A DNA stretch of 60,893 bases, the filler included, from Rhizaria sp. SCN 62-66 (lineage: Eukaryota): NCBI GenBank assembly GCA_001724265.1. It is 2 parts of 2 records of this genome, joined end to end, with 100 filler letters (N's around TTAATTAATTAA, not from the genome) between each part and the next. Parts side by side here need not be neighbours in the genome. Positions count along the whole stretch, not along the records: positions 1 to 30,224 come from MEDY01000368.1; 1 more part is not named here. The stretch is one strand, 5' to 3'. The notes beneath the pieces were generated by a model. The model had not been told where the DNA came from, did no database searches, and saw only the letters and a list, made by a program, of their open reading frames with translations. Shown piece after piece: positions 1-13,503 of the stretch (position 1 is the stretch's first letter; each line of letters begins with the position of its first letter). The translations under genes and the position numbers were made by a program.

Positions 1-1
1 G

Positions 2-1422
2 CGCGCGTCGCGTCTGCTGTCGGGCCTGGTCAGTCTGCTCGACAAGGGGCTCGGCACGGCCGTCGGCGTAGCGCCCGACCCCAGCGCAGACGCCGCCGCG
101 GCCGCCGACGCTGCAGCCGCAGCCGCAGCGGCCGTGGCTTTGGCGACGGGAGCCGGCCCCGCGGGCGCGCCCGGCGCCGGCGACGGCGCCGGCAGGGGCG
201 GCCGGGGCGGCCTGGACGCGCCCGCGCGCATCGTCAGCGTCGGCACGGCCGCGCTGGCGCTCGAGAGGGCCCGCGCCGCCGCCAACGAGGCCGCGGTCGG
301 CGCGGCGGCGCGCTCACTCTCGGCGCTGCCCCGCGCTGGCAGCGTCGCCGTTAGCAGCAACCCGTTCGCGCCCCCCGCCGCGTCGCCGGCCTCCATGTCC
401 CGCTCTGGCACCGGCGCCGGCGTCGGCCCGGGCTCCGCGATGGGCTCGACCGCCGCACCCGTGACTGTCTCTGCGACTGTATCCGCGACTGTGTCGGCCG
501 CCGCGACGCCCGCGCTGGTGCCTCTGCCGGTGCACGTGCCGGCCCGCGGGCTTGGCTCGCCCGCCAGCAGCTTCCACGGGCTCGGCGATCCCAACGCCAA
601 CGCCAATGCGTATAGCACCAACGTTGCGACCAACGGGCAGTATGGCGGCCTAACTTTGGCGACGAGCCCGCACGGCCAACAGCAGCCGCAGCAGCACATG
701 CCTTTGGCTCACGGCCAGCTGACGCCTGCGCAAAGCTACGACACCCTGCAGGCTCAGTCGCAGAGTAGCTTCAACGCCTTCGCCCCTGCCCCTGCTCACG
801 CGCCGACGCCGACGCTGATGATGCCACCCCAGTATCCCCAGCAGCAGCACCAGCAGCTGCACCAACAGCAGCACGGCGCAATGCCGCCGGTGGCTTACGG
901 CGCCTCTGCGCCGCAGTCCCCGCTGGGACACACCCACACGCACGCGCTCGCACTCAGCAGCAGCAGCACCAGCAGCGGCGGCGGCGGCGGTGGCGGCGGC
1001 GGCAGCGGGCCGGGCGGGCTCGGACTTGGACTGGCGCTCGCTCCCGCAGCCCTGAGTCCCCACAGCTCGAACCCGGGCTCGCCGGGCTTCGCCCACGGCC
1101 ACTTGCCCGCTGCCCACGGTCACCTGCCCGCTGCCCACGGTCACTTGCCCGCCGCCCACGGTCACCTGGGCCCCAGCCCGGTGATCCCGACTCTTTACAC
1201 CGCCAGCAGCAACGTGACCGTGAGCAACAGCAGCAGCAGTAGCGGCGGCGGCGGCGTCAACGGCGGGCTCAGCGGCCACGGCAGCTCCCCCGTCAGCCCG
1301 TACGGTGCGGCCGCGCTGGCCCCGCACTCGGCCCCCGTGTCGGCCGCGGTGCCGCACTACGGACACCCGCACGCCGGCCTCGCCGCGCAGGGCTACGACC
1401 ATAGCAGCATGCACTACGCAGC

Positions 1423-1460
<38 letters not shown>

Positions 1461-1888
1461 TGTTGGCGCCAGGAGTGCCAGAGCAGCAGCTGTCGCTCTC
1501 CGCCCTGGGCCCCGAGCCTCAGCCCAGCAACAACAGCAACAATTACGCTGCAAACAACAACCATAACAACAACGCTAATGTTAGCAGCAGCAGCAGCAGC
1601 AGCAACGTGCCTGCGACGCCTGTGTCTTCGACCGCGGCCGCTGCCGCCGCGGCCGCCGCCTCTGCCGCGGCGACCGCGGCGGCAGCCGGTGGCGCGGCGC
1701 TCAAGTCGACGCTGACGGGCTTCATGTCGATGTTCGGTGGCGGCACACGCGCGCGCGAGGCCAACCTGACGCAGGGCTCAGACTTCTACTACGACGAGAC
1801 GCTGAAGCGGTACGTGGACCGCATGAACCCCGACGCGCCGCTCAACGAGGGGGACCACAGCAAGCAGAAGGCCAAGGACGCCGCGGGC

Positions 1889-1925
<37 letters not shown>

Positions 1926-2182
1926 TGCCCCCCATGATGATGCCCGGCGGCCCCGGCTCGCCCGTGGCTGGCATGGGCATGGGCGGCATGGGGTACGCGA
2001 TGGACGGCAGTATGCCGCTGGCGCCTCAGATGGGCGGCGAGTACCAGTTCAGTGCCCAGACTGGCGGCGGCGGCAGTGTGGCGTCTCGCTACGTCTCCGC
2101 GCTCGACTACGCGCCCCCGGCGGACCACTAGCACCAGAGCGGCGCGCAGTCGCCCCTCATGCCCCAGATGCCCGGCTTTTAA
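2..2182 (+). CDS. SEC16: SEC16-like COPII/ER-exit-site scaffold, 3' part (5' truncated by window edge); ends at TAG 2129-2131 in the standard code or at TAA 2180-2182 if TAG is read through
   Basis: Frame is open from nt 2. Low-complexity P/Q/A/S/N-rich region, then 'REANLTQGSDFYYDETLKRYVD..PPPP..SRYVSAL', which resembles the Sec16 C-terminal motifs (FYYDEKLKRWV; SRYVD). The 16 codons after the TAG keep coding-like GC3 (15/16). Confidence 0.7.
1092..1168 (+). repeat. 21-nt coding tandem repeat, about 3.6 copies, encoding (HGHLPAA)n
   Basis: cccacggYcacYtgcccgcYg repeated directly. Confidence 0.9.
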
Positions 2183-2566
2183 GCTGTCAAATGGGACACG
2201 CAGTCTGAGTCACAGTCTGAACCCAGTCTGGCTATTTGACTGGTGCCGCGGGGTTTTTCCATGAAAAGTCGGCGTTGCGCCCCAAGAACTAATTGATTAT
2301 GGCATATTTGAATACAAAGTCTTTATTTTATTAATCGTCCGATTTTGATTTTGTTCCCGCCAATAGATCTTCCGAGGTATCCGGGCGCAAAGCGGCACGC
2401 GCGCGATCTAAGGGGGAGGCTGCAGCTGTCCTGCTGCTCACGGTCACTTGGCAGGCAGGCCCAACGAGCCAAGCAGGGAGTCGATCAGAGGACAAAAGCT
2501 TGGACACGTTTGCTTTCGGCTGTGATTGTTTCCCAGATACCATCACCTCCACAAAACAAACACACC

Positions 2567-3808
2567 ATGTCAGCCTCTCAACAGAATGATTCCAGCGCGC
2601 TGTCTATCGCCCCTGTCGGCCAGCGCAACCCTAACCAAAGTACAGGTACGTTCACACTCAACTTGTGGGCTAGCCCCAGAATGCATATTCCCTCTTCTTG
2701 CCCGCCCGCCCCCCCTGTTAACGCGCAATGCATCGATAATCCAGCACATCTTGCCTGTTTTCATGGTATATTATGGGGAAATTCCCTGGCGTATCGATAT
2801 TGGCGGTCTATGGTCGTGCATAGTGGGCGCGCGAGTGACGTCGTTTATGGCTGGTCTGCCCTACCGGGGAATTGCCCTACACGCGCCCCGTATCCCTTCC
2901 ACCCACTCAATAACTCATTACGCTTATAGAACTCGACCCACAGCATCTTTAATTTAACCTCCGACGTCATCCGTGCTTCTTTTTCCCGCCCTTTGAATCC
3001 CCCGTTAGTGATTCTCTTTGACTGGGACGACACTCTGTGCCCCACGACCCACCTCTTCCAGTCGGGCTTCCGCCTCGAGACTGAGCTCACTGAGGAGATC
3101 CGCCTCGAGCTTGACCAGATTGAGGCCTCCGTGTGCCGTCTGCTTGAGCACGCCTGCCAGTTCGGCGACGTCCACATCGTCACTAACGGCCAGACTGGCT
3201 GGGTCGAGCTCTCTGCCAAGAAGTTCCTCCCCAAGGTCGTCCCCATCCTCGCCAAGATCAACGTCGTGTCCGCTCGCTCCACTTTCGAGGGCATGTTCCC
3301 CGGCTGCCCGCTCAAGTGGAAGTTCTATGCCTTCCGCGAGAACCTCTCGTCCTCGTTCGCCTACTCGAAGCTCCACCGCAACGTCATGTCATTCGGCGAC
3401 TCGCACTACGAGCGCGAGGCGATCCAGACCGTCACCCAGGGCCTGCCCAACACCTACACCAAGTCGGTCAAGTTCACCGAGCGGCCTTCGCTCGACCAGC
3501 TGCGCCGCCAGGTTGACCTTATCGCCTCGTGCTTCGACGCCATTGAGTCCCACGACGGCAACCTCGACCTCCAGCTCACCGTCTCCTTCCCCGAGGACGG
3601 CGCCGCCAACCCCGACGAGGTTGACGCCGCGTCCGCCGCCGCGCCCGCCACCGACGCCTCCCCCAACTCGGCCACGGGCGCCGCCGCCGACGCGATGCTC
3701 GCCTCCTCTGCCGCCGCCGCCTCTCACGCTGCCCCCGTCTCTGCGGCGTCCAAGATCGCCCAGCAGCAGCAGCAGGCGGCGGCCCACCGCGCCGCGCTCG
3801 CGCTCTAA
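2567..3808 (+). CDS. HAD-superfamily protein (FDWDDTL type), 2 exons: 2567-2645, 3009-3808; 292 aa
   Basis: ATG at 2567; GTACGT..TAG intron 2646-3008 in consistent phase 1; HAD motif I 'ILFDWDDTLCPT', 'IVTN' motif II and 'SFGDSHYE' motif IV; stop TAA. Confidence 0.85.
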
Positions 3809-6800
3809 GACTAGAGCCAGAACGAGAGAAAAACAAACTAACAGACTGATCGACTGAGCTCGTGGACTCGGTCGCACTTTGCAACCCTGTGCGACGAGCT
3901 TCCTCTCCCTCACTCTCTTTCTCAGTTCTCTCGCGCGCGCCTGCGCTCAGCAGAGCGTTGCCGCCACACACACACAAATTTCTGCGCTTGTGTCTGTGTC
4001 TGCATGCACTCTTAAACACACAACCATAATTTCAACACAAACGTCACGAATGACTCTGATTGCGGCTGCGATTGGCCGATCTTTGTCCTCTAAACGTCAC
4101 TCAGCTGACATTACCCAGCCGACTCCGATACCTCGACAAGCAAAACAGTCAAAAACACAACAACAACGACAACAACAACAACGAGGAAACCCGTGTTGTT
4201 CTGTCTGTTCCGACTGCTTGTTGCGGCGATGCGGTCGCTCACCCCGTTTCTCCCCTCTGCCCTGCGCCGTAAACAACAACGCGCTCGCAGCTCTTAGTTT
4301 TCTCGCTCTTAACACCCACTCGCGTAGTCAAAAGCATCTGCGGCTTTGTGGCTTTAACTTTTTGTTTTGTTAAACCCCTAACAACCAGTTGTTTTTTCTG
4401 TGCTCGTGTTTTTTTCTTTACAATTCGTTTCTTTCTTTTTCTTTTTTACAATCTCAACCAATCAATCAATTATTACTGCATCACCACCTCCGACTACGCA
4501 CTTACATTCGTATTCCATCTACACTTCACATCTAACACACTTAGAGTGCCGCCGACACACTGAGATAACAACTTGTTGTCTGTGGTCGCTTTATGTTTCG
4601 TTTCATTCATTCTCCCATTCACCTCCTCACTCGTGTTTGGACTCTCCTTCAGTGTCGACTCCCCTCCTCTGTCCCCCTAACTCACCTGTATCATAACAAC
4701 TACACCGTTCTAACGCACTCCACGAATGCAAGCAAACCACACTATTCTTCGTTTGTCATACTGTCTATGCTTTGCCTCGTGTGATCTGTCCCCAGTGTGT
4801 CTGCGCCTTGTGTGCACCCACACGTGCTCGCTCCCTCTCTCTCACTCCCTTGTGCGCCGCTGCTCGACTCGATGATGAGGCGTCAGTCAAATTAGGACAC
4901 TTTTCTCAGTTGTTGTGATTCCTTCCCCCTCGTTGTTGTTTTTCTTCGTGTTTTCGTTTTACCTTTCTTTTTTCACACTCTCGTCTCTCTTTTCGTCCTT
5001 TTTTATTTTCGTGAAATCTAAACTGACCGGCATGGCCCCCACTCACTCGGCACAGCACAGCAGTGCAACACCAGTGCCACTGCCTGTCACCGCGCAGCCG
5101 CAGTCGCGGGCCAGCCGGTCCCCCGTTTCCCTTACCTGCCTGATCATACTAGTGGATTTGTCTTCAATTCGTTTTCATGCATGTACCTGCGTCGTCGTCG
5201 TTATCATCGTCGTAGTTGTATTGCCGCTGCTTTCCGCCAACTGTCATCAATACGATGTCTGTAATGTGCCGTTGTGGTAGCGAAACGCAAACAATCAACC
5301 AACCACACGAACAAACGACAACGCAGTGATTTTTTTATTTTTTTCCCTCTCATTTTCACTTAGCTGTAAGCTCTTCTGTAGTGCCGTGATGTTATGCGCA
5401 CTCGCCCGTTCTTTTTTATGTTCTTCTTGTCTTCTTGTTTTTCTTGTGTCTCTGTTCATTGTTTTGTTGATGTTGATACTACACCATTTCCGTCATCCGT
5501 TCGTCCCCATCCTCTGCAATTCTGCAATTTGCAGTTCGCGCTTCTTCCGCCCCGCATCCCCCCATTTGTTCCCCCTGACGCACGCACGCACGTTACACTC
5601 ACAGCCACAGCCACAGACAGTCTTGCAAGCGTCGCAGCCTCAGACTTCGCCTCAGTCGCGCTGCCATGCCTTGTCTCACTCGACCGCGCTCTCACGCATT
5701 AGTGATTACCGTGTCGTTTGTCAAACGTGGCAGTCTGGTAGTGGCCGAGGCCACCGCTGTGTCGCTCTCTACGAGCGTGTGTTAGCCGGTCTTTTGTTCA
5801 TTCGTTCGCGTTTTTTAACCAACTGACTTCCCTTAAGACTAGATTCCAATTATTACTGAAAAAGAAACACACTGTATGCCTGTTGCCTGTTGTGTCAGTA
5901 AACACACTCACGTGCGCACACATGTGTTATATGACAGCTTTTTTTTCATGTTGTCGCCATTGCTCTCAATCTTCAACAACTGCTTCTTCAACTGCACTAT
6001 GCGAGTACTTCCACCTCATTCAATCCCTCATACTCTCACTCATTCAACACCAACTGACGCCATGCATTGGCCTCTAATCTCATTTCATCGGCTGCCCCCC
6101 CCCCGCTGTCTCACGCATAGCACAGCTCGTCATCAGCCCCGCACGGTGTAGCACCGCCCGGCACGATCCCACGCTCTCGACCCATCGCCCAGCACTGCGC
6201 TGGGCTGTGCACGGTGCGCTGCTCGGCCGCGGGCTCTGTGTCCTGTGCTGTGCTGTGTGCTGTGCATTGATCTCTTGCCCGCGTTGCTGCGATTGGCAGA
6301 CAGCGTTCGTTATTTTTATGTTTCGTTTTGATTTGTTTTTGTTTTGATCGTCTCGCGGTGTTGGTACGTGTGTGTTTCTGTTGTCTGCTGTGTATGCCTT
6401 CAAACCCCAAAGACCCTTTTTGGGCCTGTGTTTTATGCCTCTGTCACGTATGCAATGCCCTCATTGCTCGGCTGACGCATCGCAGTCTCCGCAGTCTCAA
6501 AGTTTGATTAACACAACGCAACACCATCAAACTACACCGTCACGTCACCAGCGCCGTCGTCGCCGTCACTCGCCCTCGTTCTCACCCCATCAATCGTCTT
6601 TCGTTTGTCTTTTGACCCAATCTAACATATATACGTCTTATTTCCTTTTTTATATATCTCTGTTGTTGTCGTCGCATACGCTGCCGTCGTCTTTTTTTTT
6701 TACCTGTGTCTAATTATGTTTTTGTTATGTTTTTGTATATATCCACCTTTTATATTCACTTTAGTTTCTTTGTTTGTTTCATAACACAAATAACATTTCA

Positions 6801-7716
6801 TTACTTTTTTTCTCCTACCGTCTGCTCTGTATATGCTCTATAACCATTACACACCTGAGCTTTCTATCTCGTGACTTCATCCAACCAACCTACGACATTA
6901 CTGCTCGCGCTCGCCCCTCCCACTCACGCCCACGCAATGTACCGCGTCGTGCCGTGTTGTGTATGTGTCTGTGTGTGTCTGTGTCATTCGTACGGTGCCG
7001 TAATCGATCCACACTCTCGTTTCTGTGTGTGCATGCGTGCGTGTTTCTATTTCGATGTCCGATGTCCGTGTTAAGCTTTCGTATCTGTGCCTGCGCCCTC
7101 GCTGTGTGATCACATCACACCACGAGCTGCGCTCTCACCGTCAGCTAATCACCTATTAGCTTGTTTTGTTTCACTCGCAACTCTTCTCTTGCACACACAC
7201 CTTCATGCACTCTACACTCGCAGCAGCCTCTGCAACAGCCAATGTCCCTGTCACGCTCTCACTCAGTCTCGCCACATGGTGGCGGCACTGCGGCCCCGGC
7301 GTCGCGAGCGTTTCTCTCGCCTCGCAGGGCCGCAGCCGCCGCTCTGTGTGGCGTGACTGTGCTGTGTTGTTGCTATCTCTTGCTCTCTGCTGTGTAGTGC
7401 GTCGTACATGTGTGACCCAAGTCGAATGTTGTTGTTCCTGTCTCTTCTTGCTTCTTGTTTGGTAACAGTAACAAGGAAGTGCAGTTCTAACGCAAACATT
7501 GTTGTTGTTTTCTTCAACAACTCTACCCAAAATACCCAACAAAAAGAAGAAAATAACACGCAAGCCCCAACACGGAACAATCATGTCGAATAATTATTAC
7601 TCTTTACTTCGTCCATTTCGCCCACGCTCCCCCTACTATTCCCCCAAACATCAGTCAGTTTTTTTCAGTCAGCCTCAGTCAAACCCCACTCAAACAAGCA
7701 TATACCAAGAACATTT

Positions 7717-7760
7717 CAAACAAACAAACAAACAAACAAACAAGCAAACAACAAAACAAA
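7717..7760 (+). repeat. (CAAA)n imperfect microsatellite
   Basis: caaacaaacaaacaaacaaacaaacaagcaaacaacaaaac. Confidence 0.85.
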
Positions 7761-8026
7761 ATTAGGAAACCGTATCAAGTCAACAACATTCCAAACATTT
7801 TCTTTCACCAAAATGTACAATTAACCTCAATACAGCCTTCGCTTGCGAACAATCAATCAACAAGCTTATTGTGAAAAATGACTATGTATTCAGCAATATG
7901 CATGGCCCTACTTTGTACTACGCCCTCTGAACTCTGTTTCGGGTTCCGTTATACGTTCGTACACGCGCAACGCGACCTCATTGTGTTGACGTCATAACTC
8001 AACTCCACTCTGCTATTCGCACACAC

Positions 8027-8975
8027 TCACGGCTTCGGCCCCGCAGAAGCAGCAGCAGCCGCAGCAGCGGCGGCGGCAGCAGCCTTAGCAGCAGCAGCCT
8101 CAGCAGCAGCCGCAGCGGCGGCCTCAGCCGCTGCGGCGGCGGCGGCGGCGTCCGCGGCCTCGGCGGCGGCCTGCGCGGCGGTGGGGTAGGAAGGGGGCAC
8201 GACGCGGCTGAAACCGGGCATGGTGTTGACGTTCATGCTCTTCATGCTGCGCACGTGCATGTGGTTCGCCATCAGCTCCAGCGAGTCGAAGTCCTGGGAA
8301 TTGCGCATATGCGTGTCGAACAAAGGCGAGGACAATCGTGCGTAGACGTACAACAAAGGGGTATTAGAGAGATTAAAAAATAGAGTGAGTTGGGAGTCCG
8401 TCTGTGTGAGCATCAAACAAGAAGCAAATTGAGTGATAGATAAAGTTTCTTGGAGATATAAAACCCCGGGCGGTAAGATAGCGGTGGTTGTGTCGGCGTA
8501 CGTTGGGCTTAAGATGCTTTGAGCGGCGAAAGAGGTCCTGCTCGTCGAAGCTGGGCAACGGGTAGTCGGCGTCCTCCGACATCACGCCCTCGGGGTCGAA
8601 CGCCAGATTCAGCGCCTTGGCGTAGCACGCGCGCGCAAGGCTAATCTTACCCTCGTACAACAGCCGGTTCGCGTATTGGCTGTGAGGGTGCGGAGAAGAC
8701 AAGATGGTGTGAGACACGAAGGGTGGTAAGCTTTGCAGGGCTAGAACGAGGTCAAAGGCGGTGCTAAGAGGACAATAACGGGTTTGACCGATAGAACAAT
8801 AAAATGAGACGTACCGAATCTTCTTCAAATTGCCAGCAAAAGGGCAAAAGTCCTCGATGCCCGAAGTGTCGGAGTGGGCTGTGAGACTGGTCAGTGGTCC
8901 AGCCTGGCACAGCGCCAACACCGCCAGCAGCACCAGGGCAGCCAGCAGACGCGGAATCGTTGCACACTGTAACAT
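8027..8975 (-). CDS. Hypothetical secreted protein with one TPR-like helix pair and an Ala-rich tail; exons 8975-8815, 8679-8502, 8293-8027 (about 201 aa; start uncertain)
   Basis: Signal-peptide-like 'RLLAALVLLAVLALCQA'; two GTACG..CAG introns join in frame; 'YANRLLYEGKISLARACYAKAL' is TPR-like; stop TGA. Confidence 0.65.
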
Positions 8976-9577
8976 ATGCAAACACCAACTCACAAGCAAT
9001 TTGCGTGAGAGCACTCTTAACGGTCGCCCGAATGCGATATCACCCTTCCAAATTGGGCTCGCCTCCTTCCGCCCAGCACCCGGGTTCCTAAAAAATCGCC
9101 CAAGAAGCTGATCTGACTGACTGCACTGCGAGAGGCTCGATCATGTCGGGTGCGCTTCGTGAGGGTTTTGCAGCAGTTTCTTGCGTGAATAACTATAATT
9201 TTCCGGCACAGCATAGCCCAGTCTGTGTTTTATACAATATCCAATTTATTGATCTCTCAGATGCCGTCTTGGCCTCGCCTGTGTACCGCTGCGACAACGG
9301 CTGCGTTGCGGTTGAAACGTAACGCCCCGACTCACGCTTCTTCTCTCCCACGCCTGCAACCCTCTCCTGTGCTTCACTATTTTACTTCTGCAGGCTTGCC
9401 GAATCGTTTTTCTTTTCGGTTTCGCCTCTTAACTCTTTTTTCCACTTTTCCCGCCGTCCCCCCGCTGGCTCCCGTGCCCGCCGGACCGGACCTCCCCCAC
9501 CGACTTAACCAACACACTCTCGGCCTAGGCCTGCCCTCGCGGCCCCCGCGTTCCACCGCAGCCCCCCACCCCGTGCG

Positions 9578-12500
9578 ATGAGCCTCTCCGCCCCGCACAA
9601 GTCCGTTGGGCTGAGCGGCATGACCAAGCTCGCGAGCGCGGACGCGCGCGTCAACCGCCGCGTGCGCCACAAAGGTCTCAAAGAGCGCCGCACCGACGTC
9701 AACGTCGACGTGCACCACAAGGTTGCCGCCGTTGCGCTTGCGCCCAAGGTCGACCTGGCGGGCAAGCGCCTCGACAAGCAGCGCGAACTTGAGCTGTCGG
9801 CCTCGTTCTTTGCCGACGCACTCCGCAAGACGGCCAACCAGGAGGCGACGTTCGCGTATGCCGCCTTCGACCGCCAGATGCGCCCCTTTGCGGTGAGCCT
9901 GCCGATGCTGTTGCACAACGCGCGCCGCGTCATGCGTGTGTTCCTGCGCCACCTGCAGATTCCCGACTCGGACGCCTTCCTGCCGATCATCCGCCTGCTG
10001 CCCGTGCTGGCGCGCGACCTGCGGTCCGAGATCTTCCCCTTCTTCTTCGAGGTCGTGTCTGCGCTCGTCGACTGCGTTCACCCCGACAAGCCCGAGGAGC
10101 TGGAAGCCATCTTCGGCACCATCGCGTACCTCTTCAAGTTCCACGCGCGCGACGTCGTGCACCGCATCCCTGACCTCTTCTGGACCGCCTTCGTCGGGTT
10201 GCTCTCGCACCGCGCGCAGGTCATCCGCACCAAGGCCGCGCAGACGCTCGCCTACGTCTTCCAGATCGTCCAGAACCCGGCGCGGTTGTACCGCGCGCTC
10301 GACGCCGTGCTCTCGGTGCCCGCACTGCAGGTCACCGAGGCGCAGGCCGCGCGCGCCGCCGCCGAGGTCGCCGCGCGCGCGGTCAAAACGGCCGCGCGCG
10401 CCGCCAGGCACGCCGCCGCCAAGCAGGCCGCCGAGGGCGCCGCCTCCACCGCTGCCGCCGCCTCCGACGCCGCCGCCGCTGAGGCCGCCGATGACGATAG
10501 CGATCTCACTGACGACGACGACGACGATTATGAAGACGCCGAGGAGGCTGCCGCCGCGCGTGAGGCCGCGGCCGCTGAGCGCGGGTCTTCCAAGTCTGCC
10601 GCGATGCGCTTGGGCTCCGCCCGCGCCACCGCGGCCGCGGCGCGTCGACCCCCGCGCACGTGCGCGCACTCGCTGCACGCGGTGCCGTGGGCCGCCGAGC
10701 CGCGCCGCGCCGCGCAGCTGCAGGAGGGCCTCGGTGACCTCCTCTTCTTCATCCTCAAGAACGTCCAGGGCCAGATGCACTCGACGGCGCCCCGTGTGCT
10801 GGGCTACCTCGTCGCGTCGCTTGCCAAGGGCGCGCGCGTCACGCGCATCGCCGCCGCCCTCGCCACCACAGACGCCAACTCCGGCGCTGTGACGGCGGTG
10901 GCGCCCGCCGCGGTGCGCGCTGCCCTCAAGCGCATCGCCCGCGGCAAGCCCTGCGCCGACTCGGCGGCCGCCCGCGCCGCCGACTGCGCTGCGCAGGCCG
11001 CGCTAGCGGCGGCGCGCGCGGACGCGGCCCGCCAGGTGCACTTTCGCACCCGTGTGCTGGCCCACGCGCTGCAGCAGCTGGCCGCGTGGGTCAAGCCGAG
11101 CGAGAGCGACGCCCTCTGGGGCGCCGTCGCCGCGCGCGCAGAGCTCGTCGTGCGCCGCTGGCGCAAGGTCACCGGCATCAAGCCCGCAGCGACCGGTAGC
11201 GCCTCGAACAATCGCAACAACGAAAGTGACGATGACAGCGAGAGCGACGAGAGCGGAGCCAGCAGCAGCGGCGCCGAAGACAGCGACAGCGACGGCGAAA
11301 TGGGCACCACGGACGAGGAGGAGGCTGCCAAGCTTTCGGACCAAGACATCACCGACAGCGACGACGACAACGACGACGAGGGTGTGCCCGCCAAGGACGT
11401 CCCCGGCTCCGCCGCCTCGCGCGCCGCCGAGGCCGCAGCCGCCGACGAGGCGCGCCGCCGCGTGTCTGCCACGGCCCGCGAGCTCTCGTGGGAGCTCACC
11501 CACGTCACGGGGATGCTCCAGGTGCTCGTCGGCAGCGCGAATGCGCGGCTTAACTTCGACATGCCCTACATCGCGTCCATCGCGCTCGGGCTCACCGAGG
11601 CCTCGCTGCTCTCTGACGCGCACAACACCAACGGCAGTAACGCGAACGCGGGCACCTGCGCTAGCAGCGACACTGTCGTTGATGCGCAGCTTCGCGCGCC
11701 GACGTACGCGGTGCACGCGGTGTCGCTGCTGACGCAGGTCTGGGGCGTGACCCTGAAGCGGACGCGTGACCCCGTGTACCAGGCTGAGGCGCCGCAGCTG
11801 CTCGAAATCTCGCGCCAGTTCACCGCGAAGCTGCCCGCACTCTTCGCCGCGCTGGCGCCGCACCCGCTCGCCGTGCTTCGCTTCGTCACTGGTCTGCGTG
11901 TGTTCCTGCAGCCCAGCGAGTTCGAGCTGCGGGTGCTGCCGCGCCTCGTCGCGTACGCGCTTACGCTCTCTCAGTCCACCGCCAGCTCCAACAGCTCTAG
12001 CGTTAGCGTGAGTGCGAGTACGAGCTCGAGTGCGACGACGCTGTGGGGCCACGAGTCGCCCTCGTCGGCAGCGCTGCTGCTGCTGCTGGCTGTCATGGCG
12101 CCTCTGCCGCAGCCCAAGGCGCGGTGGGACCCGACCGAGTTCACGCACCGGCTGTGGCTGGCCGCGCTGCCCTCGACGGCGACCTACGACGCCATCGCCG
12201 CGGCCTCAGTGTGGTGCACCGACAAGTTCGCCCCGCAGCACTACGTGCACCAGGGCGCGCAGCCCGCCTTCACGGCGGCGTATGCGGAGCACCGCCTCGC
12301 CATGGCGCTGCTGCGCGGCCGCGGCCGCGTCGCGGCGCTGGTTCCGCCCGTGCTGCCCACGGTCGACGCCGCCGTCTACGGCGACGACGCCGCCGCCGCC
12401 GACGCAGGTAACGGCGACGACGATGACGACGGCGAGGAATACGACAGCGCGGACGAGGACGCCGCGGTGCGCGCCCGGCTGGCCGCGCGCCGCCGCGCCG

Positions 12501-13026
12501 CCCGCGCGGCCCGCGTGAGCTCGGCCGTGACGGCCGCCTCGCTGGCCACGGTCGCCAGCGCCGCCCGCAAGGACTTCAGCTACACGCCGCTGACGGCGCT
12601 CTCCGCGGAGACGCAGGCGCGGCTGTTCACGCTCACGGCGCGCGCGCTGCTGGGCGCGGCGCAGGAACTGCTGGCGCTGCCCACGGAGACGGCCGCGCTC
12701 GCCGCTACCGTCGCGGGGTCCCCGGCGCACGCGCTGCTGTCAGACGTGTGGGCCGCGCTCACGGTCATGCTGGGCATGTTCATCCCTCTCTACACGCCCG
12801 TCACGGTCACCATCGCGAGCGCGAGCTACACGGCCAACGCGAGCAGCGACGCGAAGAAGAGCAGCAAGAAGAATGCGAATAATGCAAGTAGTTCTGCTAC
12901 GCCTGCGAGCGAGACGATTGCGACTACGACAGTGGGCTCGGTGATCTTCACGGCCCAGCGCGCTCTGGCGCATGTCGTCACGCTCGCGCTCGCCGCGCTG
13001 CCCCCGGCCGCGGCCCTCACCACCAC

Positions 13027-13062
<36 letters not shown>

Positions 13063-13468
13063 GAGCGCTGGTGGCGCGGCGTGCTCCGCGCTGGGCCCGG
13101 ACCCGCACGCGCTGGCGCTCGCCACGCAGGTGCGCGCGCACGCCGACGCCGTGTTCTTCGCCCTGGCGCGCGCGCCCGTGGCCACCGCGGTGCCTGACGC
13201 CATGCGCGCGCTCGACTACCTGCAGCTGCTGCTGCCGCTGCCGGTACCCGCCGTGCTGTCGCTGTCGCTCACCGACATCGTCCCCAGCTCTTCGGCTAAC
13301 AGCAGCAACGGCGGAGACTGTGCGAGTTCGCTTGCGTTGGCGACTGCCTTCATGCCCACGTCCACCGCGCCCCTCGTCGCCGCCGCGCTCGCCGCCGTTT
13401 CCAGCGCCAGCGCCGGCGCGAACTCGAGCGACGAGAGCAAGGACGGCGCCATCTCGGTCGTGACCCCC

Positions 13469-13503
<35 letters not shown>

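Noticed and set aside
4871-5030. Possible C/D-box snoRNA (ATGATGA ... CTGA)
   Set aside because: No terminal stem or rRNA guide could be identified, and such motifs arise by chance.
3879-7765. Short F/L/S/C-rich ORFs in the long spacer
   Set aside because: They translate low-complexity T-rich DNA and lack the host codon bias.
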